Positions 24,263-36,144 of a stretch of DNA of 40,529 nucleotides are shown here, piece after piece (position 1 is the stretch's first letter; every line of letters starts with the position of its first letter). The notes beneath the pieces were generated by a model. That model saw only the letters and a list, made by a program, of their open reading frames with translations, searched no databases and was not told the DNA's origin. Source of the stretch: Hydrurus foetidus (taxonomy: Eukaryota); assembly GCA_900617105.1 (NCBI GenBank), contig UYFQ01000783.1, positions 1 to 40,529 on the forward strand, in the 5' to 3' direction. A program made the translations under genes and the position numbers.

Positions 24263-24455
24263 TGTAGTCCGGATAGAAGTAGGTCGATTGAGAGATAGGC
24301 GGTAGTTAGTTAAAGCGCTATGCTAGAAGCTAAGATAAACTTCTACGAGTCGGCTGCAGCTAGCTAGCAGTGTATAGTGTGTAAGCGGAAGGATCGGGTG
24401 GATTGTGACGAGGTCCGGTACCGCCCGTAGGCCCGGTATACCCGGTACGACCACA
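24263..24455 (-). repeat. 3' LTR of Gypsy copy 2 (193 bp, TG...CA)
   Basis: Minus strand reads TGTGGTCGTACC...GGACTACA, preceded by PPT gagataagtggggg. Aligns to 5989-6196. Confidence 0.88.
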
Positions 24456-24831
24456 TTACCCCCACTTATCTCTTTTTTTTCGAAGAAAACTAATCTATGA
24501 CGCGACCACCACGTTTTTGTACAAAAAATATATATAACTAATTATAACTACAGAGATGAATGGGAAAGATTAAAAAAGGAAAAATGAGCATACGAAAACG
24601 TAAACTTATAATAAAATTATGATAAACTAAACGTGTAATAAAAATCTATACAAAATAGATAAAGTGGTGGGTCGGTCAAAGAGATAAAGTGGGTGCCGAT
24701 TACTTAAGTACATGTGCACGAGGCCTCAATACGTAATCATGTCAGATTTTTACTGACTAAAACCATAAAACCTCCGTCGAGGGAAAATTAGGAAAAATCT
24801 TCGAAAGATAATACTTTTGAGATCAGTCTTC

Positions 24832-27800
24832 TTAGACTGATGCCTCAAGGTTTTTGGGGATAAAATGCTCCATCTTATTGTCCCTCAAATAGTCATGGAG
24901 TGCTTCACAAAGCCGTAGGTTTTTCCACGGCTCCCATGAGTTATGAGTGTCATCGTAATTAAGCCATTTGACTTGGAATGACATCGCTGTTGGTTTTTTT
25001 ATGTCACCTGAGTGTCTAAAAACCTTTTCCACTACAAATTCCATGTAGTCATGACGAGCAGTGTCAGCAGGTACATCTACCTCTGAATCATAATAATTTT
25101 TTTTTAATATGCACACTTCGTTCTTTGTGAGTGACAAGGTTTGCGAGGATATACTCGGATCCTTTATAGGAGATGACACGGTACGGGCCATGCCACGTAG
25201 TGTGTAACCGAGTAGGCGGTCGATCTGTGTAACGATATAAAACATATGTCCCTATAGGGAACACGGGCGTACTCTTAGCTGATGCCGCGTGTTTAGCATC
25301 TGCTGACATTGAAGCTTGAACAGCGGAATTAAGGACCTTGTCCTGAACACTGATCAAGTCTTCGATGTATGTTGATCGAGAATGTGTATTCACACTTAAG
25401 TGTGGTGTTAAAATACCACGATTCAAGTCAAGTTTGTTTCCGAACAGTAAATGCGCGGGCGCAACTTTAGTGCGTCTACTAACTGAACTGTGAATGATGC
25501 GTTGCACAAACGGGATTGACTTAGCATATCCCTCTAGAGTCTGTTTGTCAAAAACAAGACCTCTTAGGTGTTTATTTACCTCTTTGTTGACTCTCTCAAC
25601 AATCGCGTTTTCTTGTTTCGAGTATGCGAGGGATAAATTGTGTGGTGTACCACAAAGATCTAAAAAATCTTTTGTTGAATCGTTTGCGAAATGGGATCCT
25701 CGATCCGATCTTATCATAATTGGCGATCCAAATCGACCAAAATAAGAGAGTGAACACTCGGCCGCTGATTTTGCGTCCGCATTTGCACACCAAAATAGTT
25801 CCGTCCATCGTGTGAACGTGTCGATAATGACAAGGATATAACCTATGTCTGGGAATGGACCAATATAGTCAACATTCAGTGTATCGAAGATAGCATAATT
25901 CGACGCTGCAAAGTGAGAAGCATTGATCTTAGGATCCGTTGCACTCAACTTTTGACAACATGGACAGTTCTGTATGAACGTACGTACATATTGTTTCATG
26001 TTCTTCCAAACTTGTTGTAAACTAAACAACCGAGTAAGGGTCCGGTCTACACCGTTGTGACCAACAAACGCATTGTGGCACATCCGAATGTATTCTAACT
26101 GATCGTCTGACGCTGGGTCAATAGCCGTTAACGCTGATACAGTGAATGACGAAGACGAAGTTGGAAGTAGTTCCAATTCTGTTGTTCGTAATGGCAACGC
26201 ATTTTCTGTCAGATTAGGACATAGCCGTGACAGTGCGTCAGCTAAGGCATTTGACGTGCCAGGTACAAAGACAACCGTAAAATGAAGCTCTTGCATAGCA
26301 ATGAACCATCTCGCTACCATTGAGGTAGGATTTTGTTTCATACACGTAATGTCCAAATGATCCGTATAGATTGTGAACGTACGATCTCTGATTAGATAAT
26401 CGAATTGTGTACAACAATAGAATATAGCATATGCTTCTTTCTGTATTGTTGACCACCTTATTTGCGTGGGTGTCAATGATTTGCTTATAAAAGCAATCGG
26501 TTGCCAAATGGTATCAACCACTTGGAAAAGGACACCGCCAATTCCAAAATCAGACGCGTCTGTATATAATCGGATATCCAGTTTATTGTCATCAATGAAG
26601 TACATTAATGGACAACGAGATATAGCAATCTGTTTGTCGTGAAAGCTGTTGGTACTCGCTTGAGTCCATACAACGGCAGAACGTTTTGGAGCAGAATGAT
26701 TTATCATATCTTGCATTGGTTTAAGCAAAGAAGAATGCATTGGTACAAACTGTCGAAAATAATTCGTAAGTCCTAAGAATGATCTTAACAGTATTAAGTT
26801 CTTAGGTATAGAAAAGTTAAGCACTGATTCTATTATTTCTTTTGACATCAATAAACCATCTTTATCAACCACTCTGCCTACGTATTCAATACGAGGGAGG
26901 CCGAAACGGCACTTTTTGGCTTTGAGTCTAAGACCTTTAAGTCTGAATCTTTCAAAGACTTTATTCAAGTTTTTAAGAAACTTTGCTTCACCCTTGCCAT
27001 ATACAATACAATCGTCGAGATACATCTCACAACAATGATAGATAAGGCCATAGTGGACCGCCGTTACCACCTGCTGTTGAAAGTAAGAGCGGGCACGACA
27101 CGGACCAAAGGGTAGTCTCGTAAACTGAAAAATTCCTGCAAGGCATATGAATGCCGTAAAAATGCGATGTGAGGGGTGTAACGGTGCTTGATAATAACCC
27201 GCGTTTAAATCCATCACACCAAAAATGTCCGGTTTCTTATTACCGATCCTCTCAAAAAGATATTTGACATTCGGCAGGGGAAAAGAGGCGGGGTTCAGGC
27301 ACTTATTAAGTGGCCGGTAATCGATGCAGGTTCAAAATTTACCGGGTGACTTAGTTACGATTACAGGATGACTGTAATAAGCAGCATCTGACCGCTCTAT
27401 AACTCCCGACGCAAGCATCTCATCGAGATTCTCCTTAAGAGCAACCTCCTTATTCGATGACTGGGGACGTACCGGCGTACGGTTTTCGTCTTTTTCCCAC
27501 AACTCAAGGGGGATGTTAATCTCAAAAGGTTTAAGTGACGCTGATTTCTCAGCTAACTGATGAATAAAAATGTCTGAATATTTAGAACAGAGCTCTCGGA
27601 GCTTCCTCTGGAAGCTTTCATCTCCCTCAAAGGTAATCTCCTTGAGGAAATCCTCTGGCCCTTTGGGCAAGTCATCTTGACTAGGTTTTTCAGCTAAGAA
27701 GGGTGCGAACGTGTCTATCTTGCCATCGTCAATCTCGTCAACTGAGAGTGCGACACCACTGGGCCATAAAGGCTCAGTGACATAGTCGGGGGTATCAGAA

Positions 27801-28280
27801 TCCCCAAAGGTATGTGTAAGGGTGGGAATCTGGTCGCCACCTAGGTGCGGTGTATCACCCGTACGTTTTGCGCGAATAGGAGTGACACTATTCAGTCGCT
27901 CACAACTTACATCACCACAGGGATTTTGGGTCGCGACTCCCTCAATATCCATTTGGGTATCGTTACATGTCGACATTGTATGGACACAAGAGACGTTGCT
28001 CTTCGAAGATGATTGACCATGCAATATGCTCTTCTTAGATGGATACTCTTGTAATCCATATGTTACCCTCTTTTTAGAGGTAGGTTTACCGCCTGGATAC
28101 TTTAGCTTATCGTAGTGAGGCGTAATAGACTCAACTTCGGCTGTATCAGGGTCGGCATCCAACGCTATCATACGACGCGTATACTTATGTTGATACATGG
28201 GATCAAGTTTCAACAAAGCTTCCTTCTTATCGAAGTCGCGTTTGCATGCATCGCTATTCTTCTTATTCTCCGCACTCAGC
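24832..28280 (-). pseudogene. pol of Gypsy copy 2 (spacer-RT-RNaseH-IN-chromodomain)
   Basis: YLDD, LYTDASDFGIGG, HHCC, SDRGSHF and chromodomain present. CGA>TGA stop at 27332-27334 and a small frameshifting deletion before the chromodomain (~25095). Confidence 0.9.
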
Positions 28281-28470
28281 TGTTGATCTCAGTCGGTGCT
28301 GGAAAGATCGAGGTAGGTCAAACGAGAGGAACTATTCAACGAGTGTTCGAATTAAGTTATGTTTATGACGAGAGATTATTGTCGAAGTCATGAGATGATT
28401 GTGTGATACGAAACGCACGGATTGTCTTCAATGTGAGATACCGTACAATGTACGACTACGAATATCAATA
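28281..28470 (-). repeat. Copia 3' LTR (190 bp)
   Basis: Identical to 33375-33564 except at one position (28296). Preceded on the minus strand by PPT tgagagggtg (28471-28480). Confidence 0.95.
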
Positions 28471-28516
28471 CACCCTCTCAATCCGTGCCGTTATAACTAG
28501 TAGAGCATGTAGTGTT

Positions 28517-31500
28517 TTAAGTATGATGTGTTATTGAGGTCGGAGCAGGTGATAGGACAGACAGTGGAACATAGATCAGAAGCTTCATAAGTTCTTGGCG
28601 TTTCTTGACCGGGAGAGGGTTGGTGAAAAAATCTGCGAGGTTATCACTGCCTTTGCTCCAGCAAACCGAGAAATGACCCGCTCGAATGCGATCCCGAATC
28701 CAATGATACTTCATGTCAATACTTTTGGTGCGTTTAGGTTTGACCGTGTCGGTGGCAATGCCGTGTGCGCATTTGTTGTCGCATAAAATGATAGTGGGTG
28801 GTTGTGAATAGCCAAGTGAGACGAGTAGATGGCGAAGCCATTCTCCCTCTTGGCCATTGAGGAATAGCGCCGCGTACTCGGCTTCGGCCACCGATGCGAC
28901 AACTAATGGAATGATAGAACTGATGGCGTGTAGGGCACCGTTGATTATGGTGGGTTGGTCTACGTTGCCTAGGTAAAAGATACCCCCCGCTACGGATCGT
29001 GCTCCAGAGCGAGAGAGGTAGGAGGAATCGGACTGAATGTGCAATATCATATCGCAGGTATGATAGCGGAGAGCGTTGTCAGGATAGCGGGCACAGTATG
29101 CGAGTAATCGGGTAGCTGCGAGCATTACGGTAACCGTGGGGTTAGCTTGAGCAGACGCAAGGTGGTTAACTGTGGTTAGAATAGTGACGTCGATGCCTCG
29201 GGCATAGTAGAGAAGGGATCCGACAATTTCTTGTAACGTCAGCTTTTGTTCTGGTGTCAAGGTGGGGCTAGAGTCAGAAACAGGTGACAGATCTGGATGT
29301 CCGTATGCGGGTGGAACATACGTAGCTGGAGAAGCGGCGCCCACGCTGAGGTGGGGCGCGAAGCGTTGAAGTGCTTTGGTAATATAACCTGGCATACTTA
29401 GATCGACGTAACGGCGGTCGTGATTGAACGCGATGCTGAATCCAAGGTACTTTCCTTTCGTCCAATCTATGGTGATGACGTATAAAAGTTGTAATGTTGT
29501 GATGAGGTGGTTGACACCTTCCATAGTGCTGTACTTAACTCCGAAGTCGTCTACAACGAGGGAGAAATCTGTTCCATTAGACTGATGACGAAACAAACAA
29601 GTGGCATCCGTCTGATGATAGCCATGTTGTGCCAAATGCGTGATCAATCGTTTTTGCGCGAGTAAACCGACCTGCGGGAGACCATACATACCTTTATTGA
29701 CTTGGAACAAGATGTGCTGATTGTGAAGAAAGAGCTGCAAATTGTTGGCAGAAATGATTTGCTCGGGTCTGTACTTCGTTGGTATGCCCAAAAACTCAGG
29801 ACGATCGAGAGGAGTGCCAAGATAAAAATCTTTAATATCTAACGTTAGCCAGCTCTTATTGTCAGACACAACGGAGTGAATAAGTTGTTTGACTAAGGGC
29901 ATTGCGGCAGTACGTGCTGTGGTTGGACCTGGGTAGTTAATAAGATTGCCACCGATGGTACCCGAACGCGATATTTAGTGGTGCCGTCACTGTTTTGTTT
30001 TTCTTTGACTTGAGGATTATAGTACGTGCTCTTGCATCCAGGCGGAGTGTTATAGATAGCTTGAATAGTGTCTATGTCAATTAGCCGCTGGATTTTTTCT
30101 GCAGCCGCAATTTCCCAGTGGGGCTTGTTGGGCCCAGCGGTGGCAGTATTGTATGTCAGAGGCCGGCCAGTATCGTCGAGATTTAGAGCTGCGTGGGCCT
30201 GTGGGAGCTGATGTGACTGATGCCGCTGTGCGCTTCGCGTGACTCTGACCGTGACGCATGGTGCTCGCGAGGTCCTATTGTGTTGGCGAGCTACGGCCGT
30301 TATGCCTGTGTTGAGTTCGGTGATCTGAGCGAGGGCAGGTGGTACTGATGCAACGTCCGACGGTGGGAGTAACCCTGGTGGAGGTGGTAGAGGGTTGTTC
30401 GGGATCGTAACATTCCAATGAAGTGTGGGGAGGGAAGAAAGTGTTGGTTCTGGAGTATTAGTCATCCTCTGTTCTGGTACTGCTGGCGGTTTGTCGGATG
30501 TGTTGATTTGGTCAACTGGGAACACCCTCTGTTCCACAGGGTGGGGTGTGGGCTCCACGTTGTTCTCAACCTCGTGAATAGATGTAGGTTGAGACGGATG
30601 ATAAATACTGGTGATCTGTTGCAGTGTCTCTGTGAGTGTATTACTGTGGGGTGCAGCGGTTGATTTACTGTAGGACTAGCAATGAGCGTATTGATAGCGA
30701 TGGTGAGGTCCGTGAGAGCTGCTAAGAACATGTCTGATGGTGTAGGCCCAGGGAGTTGTAGATCGTGCAGATACCATGCGACAGTATCAGTAATACGAAT
30801 GGTTTGTGTGTCAGTAACCCATACTCGATAGCAACGATAATGCTTAGGCGCCGGTCCCATGTAGAATCCCGGCGTACCATGCGTCGCCCATAACGCACGC
30901 ACAGATGGTTTGTCATGTACAATGACCTTAGTTCCGGCCGGTGCTATAGGATGAGCGGCGAAGTCGAAAGGACCTCCATGAAGACCAGCGTAGGCAGAGA
31001 CTGTGGAATTTACTGCATATGGGAGCAGGTTGATTCCGCTTGCGGCAATAAATGGTCCCATAGGTCAAGAGGAAAGTCGGGCGCCACGGTACATAGAGTA
31101 GATATAAAATGATTCTTGAATGTTCTGATCGCACGCTCGGCTTTGAGTGCGCGATGTTGGTGTGGAGCGCAATACTGTATGCTGATGCTGTTGATACGTG
31201 CAAATGTCTCCAATGCTGTAGATGATTCATTGTCCAGTCTCTGAAATGAAGGTTTTCTGCCCAGTTGCCCAAAAAAAATTATTGTGCGCTTATATGCACT
31301 GATTTACTCTAAGTGATGTCGAGTGCGCATGGGTTCAACGTGAATATACCCATCTAACACCGATACAAAAATATACTGCATACCCAACCGTGACATGACT
31401 GGGAATTTACCAGCGAGGTCCGAATGCATGGTGTCGGTGAGCACATAGACGTGAGTATACGTATGATTGACATATCCAGTGTTTGATTGCTCTGAGTCGG

Positions 31501-32275
31501 CATCATATGGAGCGTCCTCTTTGGGTTCATCGCTAAACAAGGATATGAAACGGTATGTGGAACGCTGACCTTGTCGTGTTTGATCTAAGTGCCCTAAAGC
31601 TGTTGGGACGGTATGTGGGAGATGAGCAAGCACATTACTGATGGTGAGTTGTTGTATCGACGGTAAATAATGGGACCACACCGCGTGTTGGAAGGTGCTG
31701 AGAGCTGGGTTGCCAAACGCTGCATGCATGAAGCGGATGAAGGCGGCGTCGTTACTGTATACCGTTGGTGCCGGGTCATATATCGTCGTGACAGTTGCAG
31801 CGAACGGTGAATGTCGAGTTATCGCTGACAGCGGAATATGCCACAAGGACACATGTGTGTGCTTGTTGCCGTGCAATATTATTTTGTGGTTATAGTGAAT
31901 GGATACGTAAGTATCGGTGAACGTTGCTGAATATCCTGCTCGACACATCTCGGAGAGTGAAAGGAGGGACAAGGATAAATCAGAGTCTGCGAATATGTGT
32001 GCCTGAAATGGCTGGTCTAAATGCGGCAGATATAATAACCCGGAGTGATGTGATGAGATTGCAGTCCCATTTGGTAGTTGAACCTTCAATATCGGCGATG
32101 ATTGAATGTCGCAAAGGACTGTGCTGTCCGATTGTCGGAACAACATGTTGGTAGATCCGGTATCAGCACAGACGAAAGGCGGATCGGTGCAGAAAGCTAG
32201 ATGTCTGTGTGCTGCATTTGTTTTTAATAAATTACAACACACAGGCATGCAAGGCACTAACTGCACCGGCGCATC
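28517..32275 (-). pseudogene. Copia pol (PR-IN-RT-RNaseH) with an in-frame stop and frameshifts
   Basis: PR ADTGST; IN HSDLAGKFP, RLDNES, AERAIRTFKNHFI; RT/RH in ORF 28517-29902. Stop at 31304-31306 and frameshifts near 31030, 30600 and 29960. Confidence 0.88.
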
Positions 32276-33346
32276 TCAGCTACGATTATTCTTGTTCCAA
32301 CGCCCTCCCCGGGCGGTGGATCCGTTGGGAACTGCGGTGGGTGTGGTGGCAGCCAAATGGCTAGGCAGGTATCGCTCAGGGTTAGCAAGCATCACAGTAC
32401 AGGTCGTGCCGTGATGGGACGTATTGTGTCCGTTATGGTAACAGTAATGTGTAGGTGGTTTCTGTGTCCCGCTGGGCGCTGTACGTTGTACAGTGGGTAG
32501 AGCTTGTTGGATGGCCCGTTATAACAATGCAGCGAAAGCAGGGGAGGCTAAGATGGCATCTTCCGTAGTGACAGCTGTTGCTGTTGCCGTATATCCCATG
32601 GATGCGGCGGTGGGAATAAAGTTCGGCGTTTGCTGAACGACATAAGTTGTCAGCGCGTCGAAAGTCTGTTGTGCGATCGCCGGCACAGATACCAAATAAG
32701 AGTTGATGGCTTTTACCACTTGAATGTTGTGCGCTGTAGCTGCTTTGAAGTAAAGACATTGCTGGTAATTATTGATTGGCTGCTGTGCCGCCGCTAACTG
32801 TTGGTGAACCAGTCGATGTGTAGCCACAATGCTAGAGACGGTGTCGGTGGCGGTCATCGGATTATTCAAGGTTCCCAATAACTGAACGTAATCCGCATTG
32901 TCGAGAGTGCCATGTAGCACGATGATGTGGGCAAATATAGCCTTGGCGGTAACATGTAGTAGAGCGTGATGTGGGTGCCGCAAAACGGCAAGATCGTGTG
33001 GATTGATAGTCGATATGAGATTTTTCTTCAGTATGTCATATTGCTCCCTCATCAATTTTTGCTGCTTTAGAGTACGATCATAATTGGCTGTGATTGCGGC
33101 TGTAGCGTTTAATTGCAACTGAGGTAGCGTTTCAAATTGCGGGCGGGCCGCGATGGTGACTACTGCTGGCTGATCGTCGATCGCAGCTGTTGTAGTTGTG
33201 TTTCCCGGAATAGCGGCCCACTGTTCGTCTGTAACTAAAAAGCCCTCAAGCCCTGTATCACTGTAGAGTCTGTAGGCGCGTTGTTGGCTCTGCCATGCCG
33301 CGAAGTTGGTTCTGGGGTGAGACAGTAAATCATAATGCTGCTCCAT
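32276..33346 (-). pseudogene. Copia gag (one internal TAA), ending at an in-frame TGA
   Basis: ATG at 33346 and internal stop at 32519-32521. The same frame continues through the Zn-knuckle-like HYCYHNGHNTSHHGTTC to TGA at 32276-32278. Confidence 0.8.
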
Positions 33347-33374
33347 GTTGGCTTTGATATGAACTAATTCCAAC

Positions 33375-33564
33375 TGTTGATCTCAGTCGATGCTGGAAAG
33401 ATCGAGGTAGGTCAAACGAGAGGAACTATTCAACGAGTGTTCGAATTAAGTTATGTTTATGACGAGAGATTATTGTCGAAGTCATGAGATGATTGTGTGA
33501 TACGAAACGCACGGATTGTCTTCAATGTGAGATACCGTACAATGTACGACTACGAATATCAATA
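33375..33564 (-). repeat. Copia 5' LTR (190 bp)
   Basis: Direct repeat of 28281-28470. Minus strand reads TATTGAT...ATCAACA. Confidence 0.95.
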
Positions 33565-34223
33565 TCAGCTCTGGCGAGACGCCGAAAGCAAAAGGAGTTA
33601 AGGACCAAAAATCGTATTTATTTACCGTTTCACGGCTAAACAAAATGTCAATTACAGTTTTCTGTTTACCCTCATGGGTAAGCTGATGCTCTGGCATTCG
33701 CCATCGTAAGAATGAAATAAGATTTTCAAGGCCGCTACAAACAGTTATGGCTTGAAGAGCAGGATAACAAAGGTGAGTAGCATTAAGTTTTACTAACATC
33801 GTAAAAGAAATAAAATCCTCCAAGTAGTTCGCGGTGTCTAGCACGGCTTTCCCCACGGCCCGCAGATTCCTAGCTGGGTCTGTCCTTCCTTTATACTGCA
33901 CGATAACAGTTACGTTGAGGTGGTGAGAAGGAAGGATGGATGGGTCATGTAAAAATTCGTCACGAGCAATTACATATGGCTGTTCTTCGACGTGAACATC
34001 CATCAGATTATGGGTATCATCGTCAAAGACAGCAGCCACCTCATCAAAACGAAGGTTCTTACCTTGATCCTGACCTGAACTTGAGGAAGGAGGAGGTAAG
34101 TTTCCCTGTGGGAGGTTGTACCGATTACCCCTACCACCAGATCCACGACCCTGGTTTTGGTCCGCATTGGGGTTGTATCCTCCCCTCTGCTTACCCTCTT
34201 CTCCTCCTTGATTGCCTTGGTAA
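33565..34223 (-). pseudogene. gag tail and protease of Gypsy copy 2
   Basis: QGNQGG...GKQRGG, HHLNVTVIVQ, VLDTANY and DILFSRETVNKYDFW match copy 1. Gag tail and PR are in one frame. Internal deletion near 33725. Confidence 0.88.
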
Positions 34224-34240
34224 CAACACAAGCCGATCAA

Positions 34241-35050
34241 GGAGGGTGTCAACACAAGCCGATCAAGTTATTTGTGGTAAAATGGCCAGGAATATTCATG
34301 ATACTGCAGAGATATATTCTCATGAGGCCATTCTTGAATGTCGGTGTGTGGTTGAACATGGTTCCTGTCTTGACTCTTCTCCCAAGTCCAGTAGAGCACG
34401 CAACGGTTCGAAAGATTTTCGAGGATCTCAAGAAATTCGAGGAGCTATCGAAGATGCTCCAGAAGGAGAATGGTTCACTCGCAGATGCCCAAAGTGAGTG
34501 CGACTGGCTTCGCGAAAAGTTTCTGATTACAGATCCCAAGCTTGGGCCCAATTTCTGCAATGTTCACCATCAAGTATTTGAGAGTGGTGTGACGAAAGAC
34601 CAGGGCAACAGGGAAGCTCAGCTGACTCAACAGGAAAAAACCGCTCTGGAACCTTTCCTGCGAGGTGTCGTGGAAATCAACGAGGAGATCGACGAGGCTG
34701 ATGAGAGCTTGCAGGGTGCCCTGAAGAGAGCTCGTGTCGCTCCAATTGCTATTCTCTCTGACTATGTATGTCTTATATTTATCATAGCATCGACTACTGT
34801 TGTTGAGAGGCTATTCTCGATGACCCGGACGATATGGACGGAGGATCGGAAAAGAATGAAACCGGCTACATCAGAAATGATGATGTTCTTGAAGATTAAC
34901 ATGACGTTGTGGGACGCACATATTCTTTACAAGATCAAACGTAACGCTTGCCCAAGAGAATTACCAAATCAAGAGGAGGGAGCAATTGACCCGGCTGAGT
35001 TCGTTGAACATCTCGATGAACAGCAAATTGAGAATTACTTGTCAGTCTAG
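34241..35050 (+). pseudogene. hAT transposase, C-terminal part
   Basis: KPIK..VKW (the TRW-equivalent region), FESGV, catalytic E in STTVVERLFS, and dimerisation-type tail RKRMKPATSEMMMFLKIN. Confidence 0.85.
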
Positions 35051-35979
35051 CATATTCATGCATGATCTGTTAGCATAGTTTCATTTGTAGATTAGCATTC
35101 AGATGTCACAAGTAGTGTAGCGCTTCCTCACCCAAAACACCGCCATACACTGTTGTGTACATACGCTCATCGTTCTTCTAGCGATATCCCCCTTCGGGTC
35201 CATCACCAAGCATCCGATTTTCATCTGGCATCCGGTTTTCACCAAGCATCCAATTTCACAGAGCAGCGAGGGTTCCTATCGTTGCCTAATCGCCGACTCG
35301 CCAGTTCGCTAAATGTATTCGCACTTCGGCGATCATCATTTCATGCACACTGGATGCTTTGCCTTGCTTCTTTGATGGTTGTCTTCTTTGATATCATCGC
35401 CAGTTGTTTTACTACTTGATCGTTGTAAGTAAACACGTCTTCCGAGACCAGTTCCATCACATAGTCTTTCCTTTGCGCTTCCGCAGCCAACAGGTAGCTA
35501 GCATCACTCCACAGTCTGACTCACATTACTATCCTATGTTCCTCCGAGTTGATGCGGACAACGCAGACTTCTGGAACGATGAAAATGCCACTATTACAAG
35601 ATGAGCTCGAAGACAATACCTTTTGTGTAAATTTATAATAACTTAATTAATAGTCACTTCTATTTTTTTAGGTGGTACTCTTTGTTGAGGTGTGATACTA
35701 TTCCGTACAGCTCTCAGCTGGAAGCTTTCGAGGCAGAAACTCTCCTTGCTAGACCATTCTGTATGACTCCGTACTACGTATTATATCAGATCTTCTTCTG
35801 CTTGTCCCTTGTGATCCGATTCCGGGACTTTATATTCCTCCCGAAGGATTGGTGTAGTCCGCTTGACCCCATAACGCACTAGGTTTTTGAAAATCGAACC
35901 CGCTTCTGATGTGAAAGGTGGGTGTAGGCAACCGCTGCCCGATCACTCGGGCAACAGCTGCTTCGGACATTACGAAAAG

Positions 35980-36144
35980 AAGTGTCACATTTAACTGTCA
36001 CATTATAAATGTGCATTTAAAATGTTACACTTAAATGCATATTTATAATGTGACACTTAAGTGTATTTAAATGTAACATTTAAATGTACATTAAGTATTA
36101 AGTGAATAATTAAATATTTTCAAGTTGCTGATCCCATTTAAATG
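35980..36144. repeat. hAT right subterminal repeats
   Basis: Same cacttaagtg/catttaaatg motifs as at the left end. Confidence 0.85.

Larger units (their letters stand above)
28281..33564 (-). mobile_element. Ty1/Copia LTR retrotransposon, CoDi-like, full length but internally defective
   Basis: Two 190-bp LTRs and 5-bp TSD tcagc (28276-28280 / 33565-33569). Order gag-PR-IN-RT-RH. RT motifs DIKDFYLGTP, KGMYGLPQ and LVVDDFGVKY; RH motif SDSSYLS...EAEYAA...DN. Confidence 0.95.
24263..34223 (-). mobile_element. Gypsy chromovirus-type element, copy 2 (decayed; 5' LTR and most of gag deleted; interrupted by Copia)
   Basis: Protein and DNA homology to copy 1 across the gag tail, PR, RT, RH, IN, chromodomain, 3'UTR, PPT and LTR. 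Confidence 0.93.

Noticed and set aside
32185..32278. Selenocysteine insertion (SECIS) at the Copia UGA
   Set aside because: The hairpin lacks the AUGA/GA quartet of eukaryotic SECIS elements and is not in a 3'UTR. Generic readthrough or decay is more parsimonious.
24186..34251. 8-bp direct repeat gggtgtca as the TSD of one large insertion that would restore an in-frame transposase
   Set aside because: The Gypsy LTR ends at 24263, not 24194, and 24194-24262 still reads as hAT-like sequence. Both 8-mers are Gly-Cys codons and are probably coincidental.
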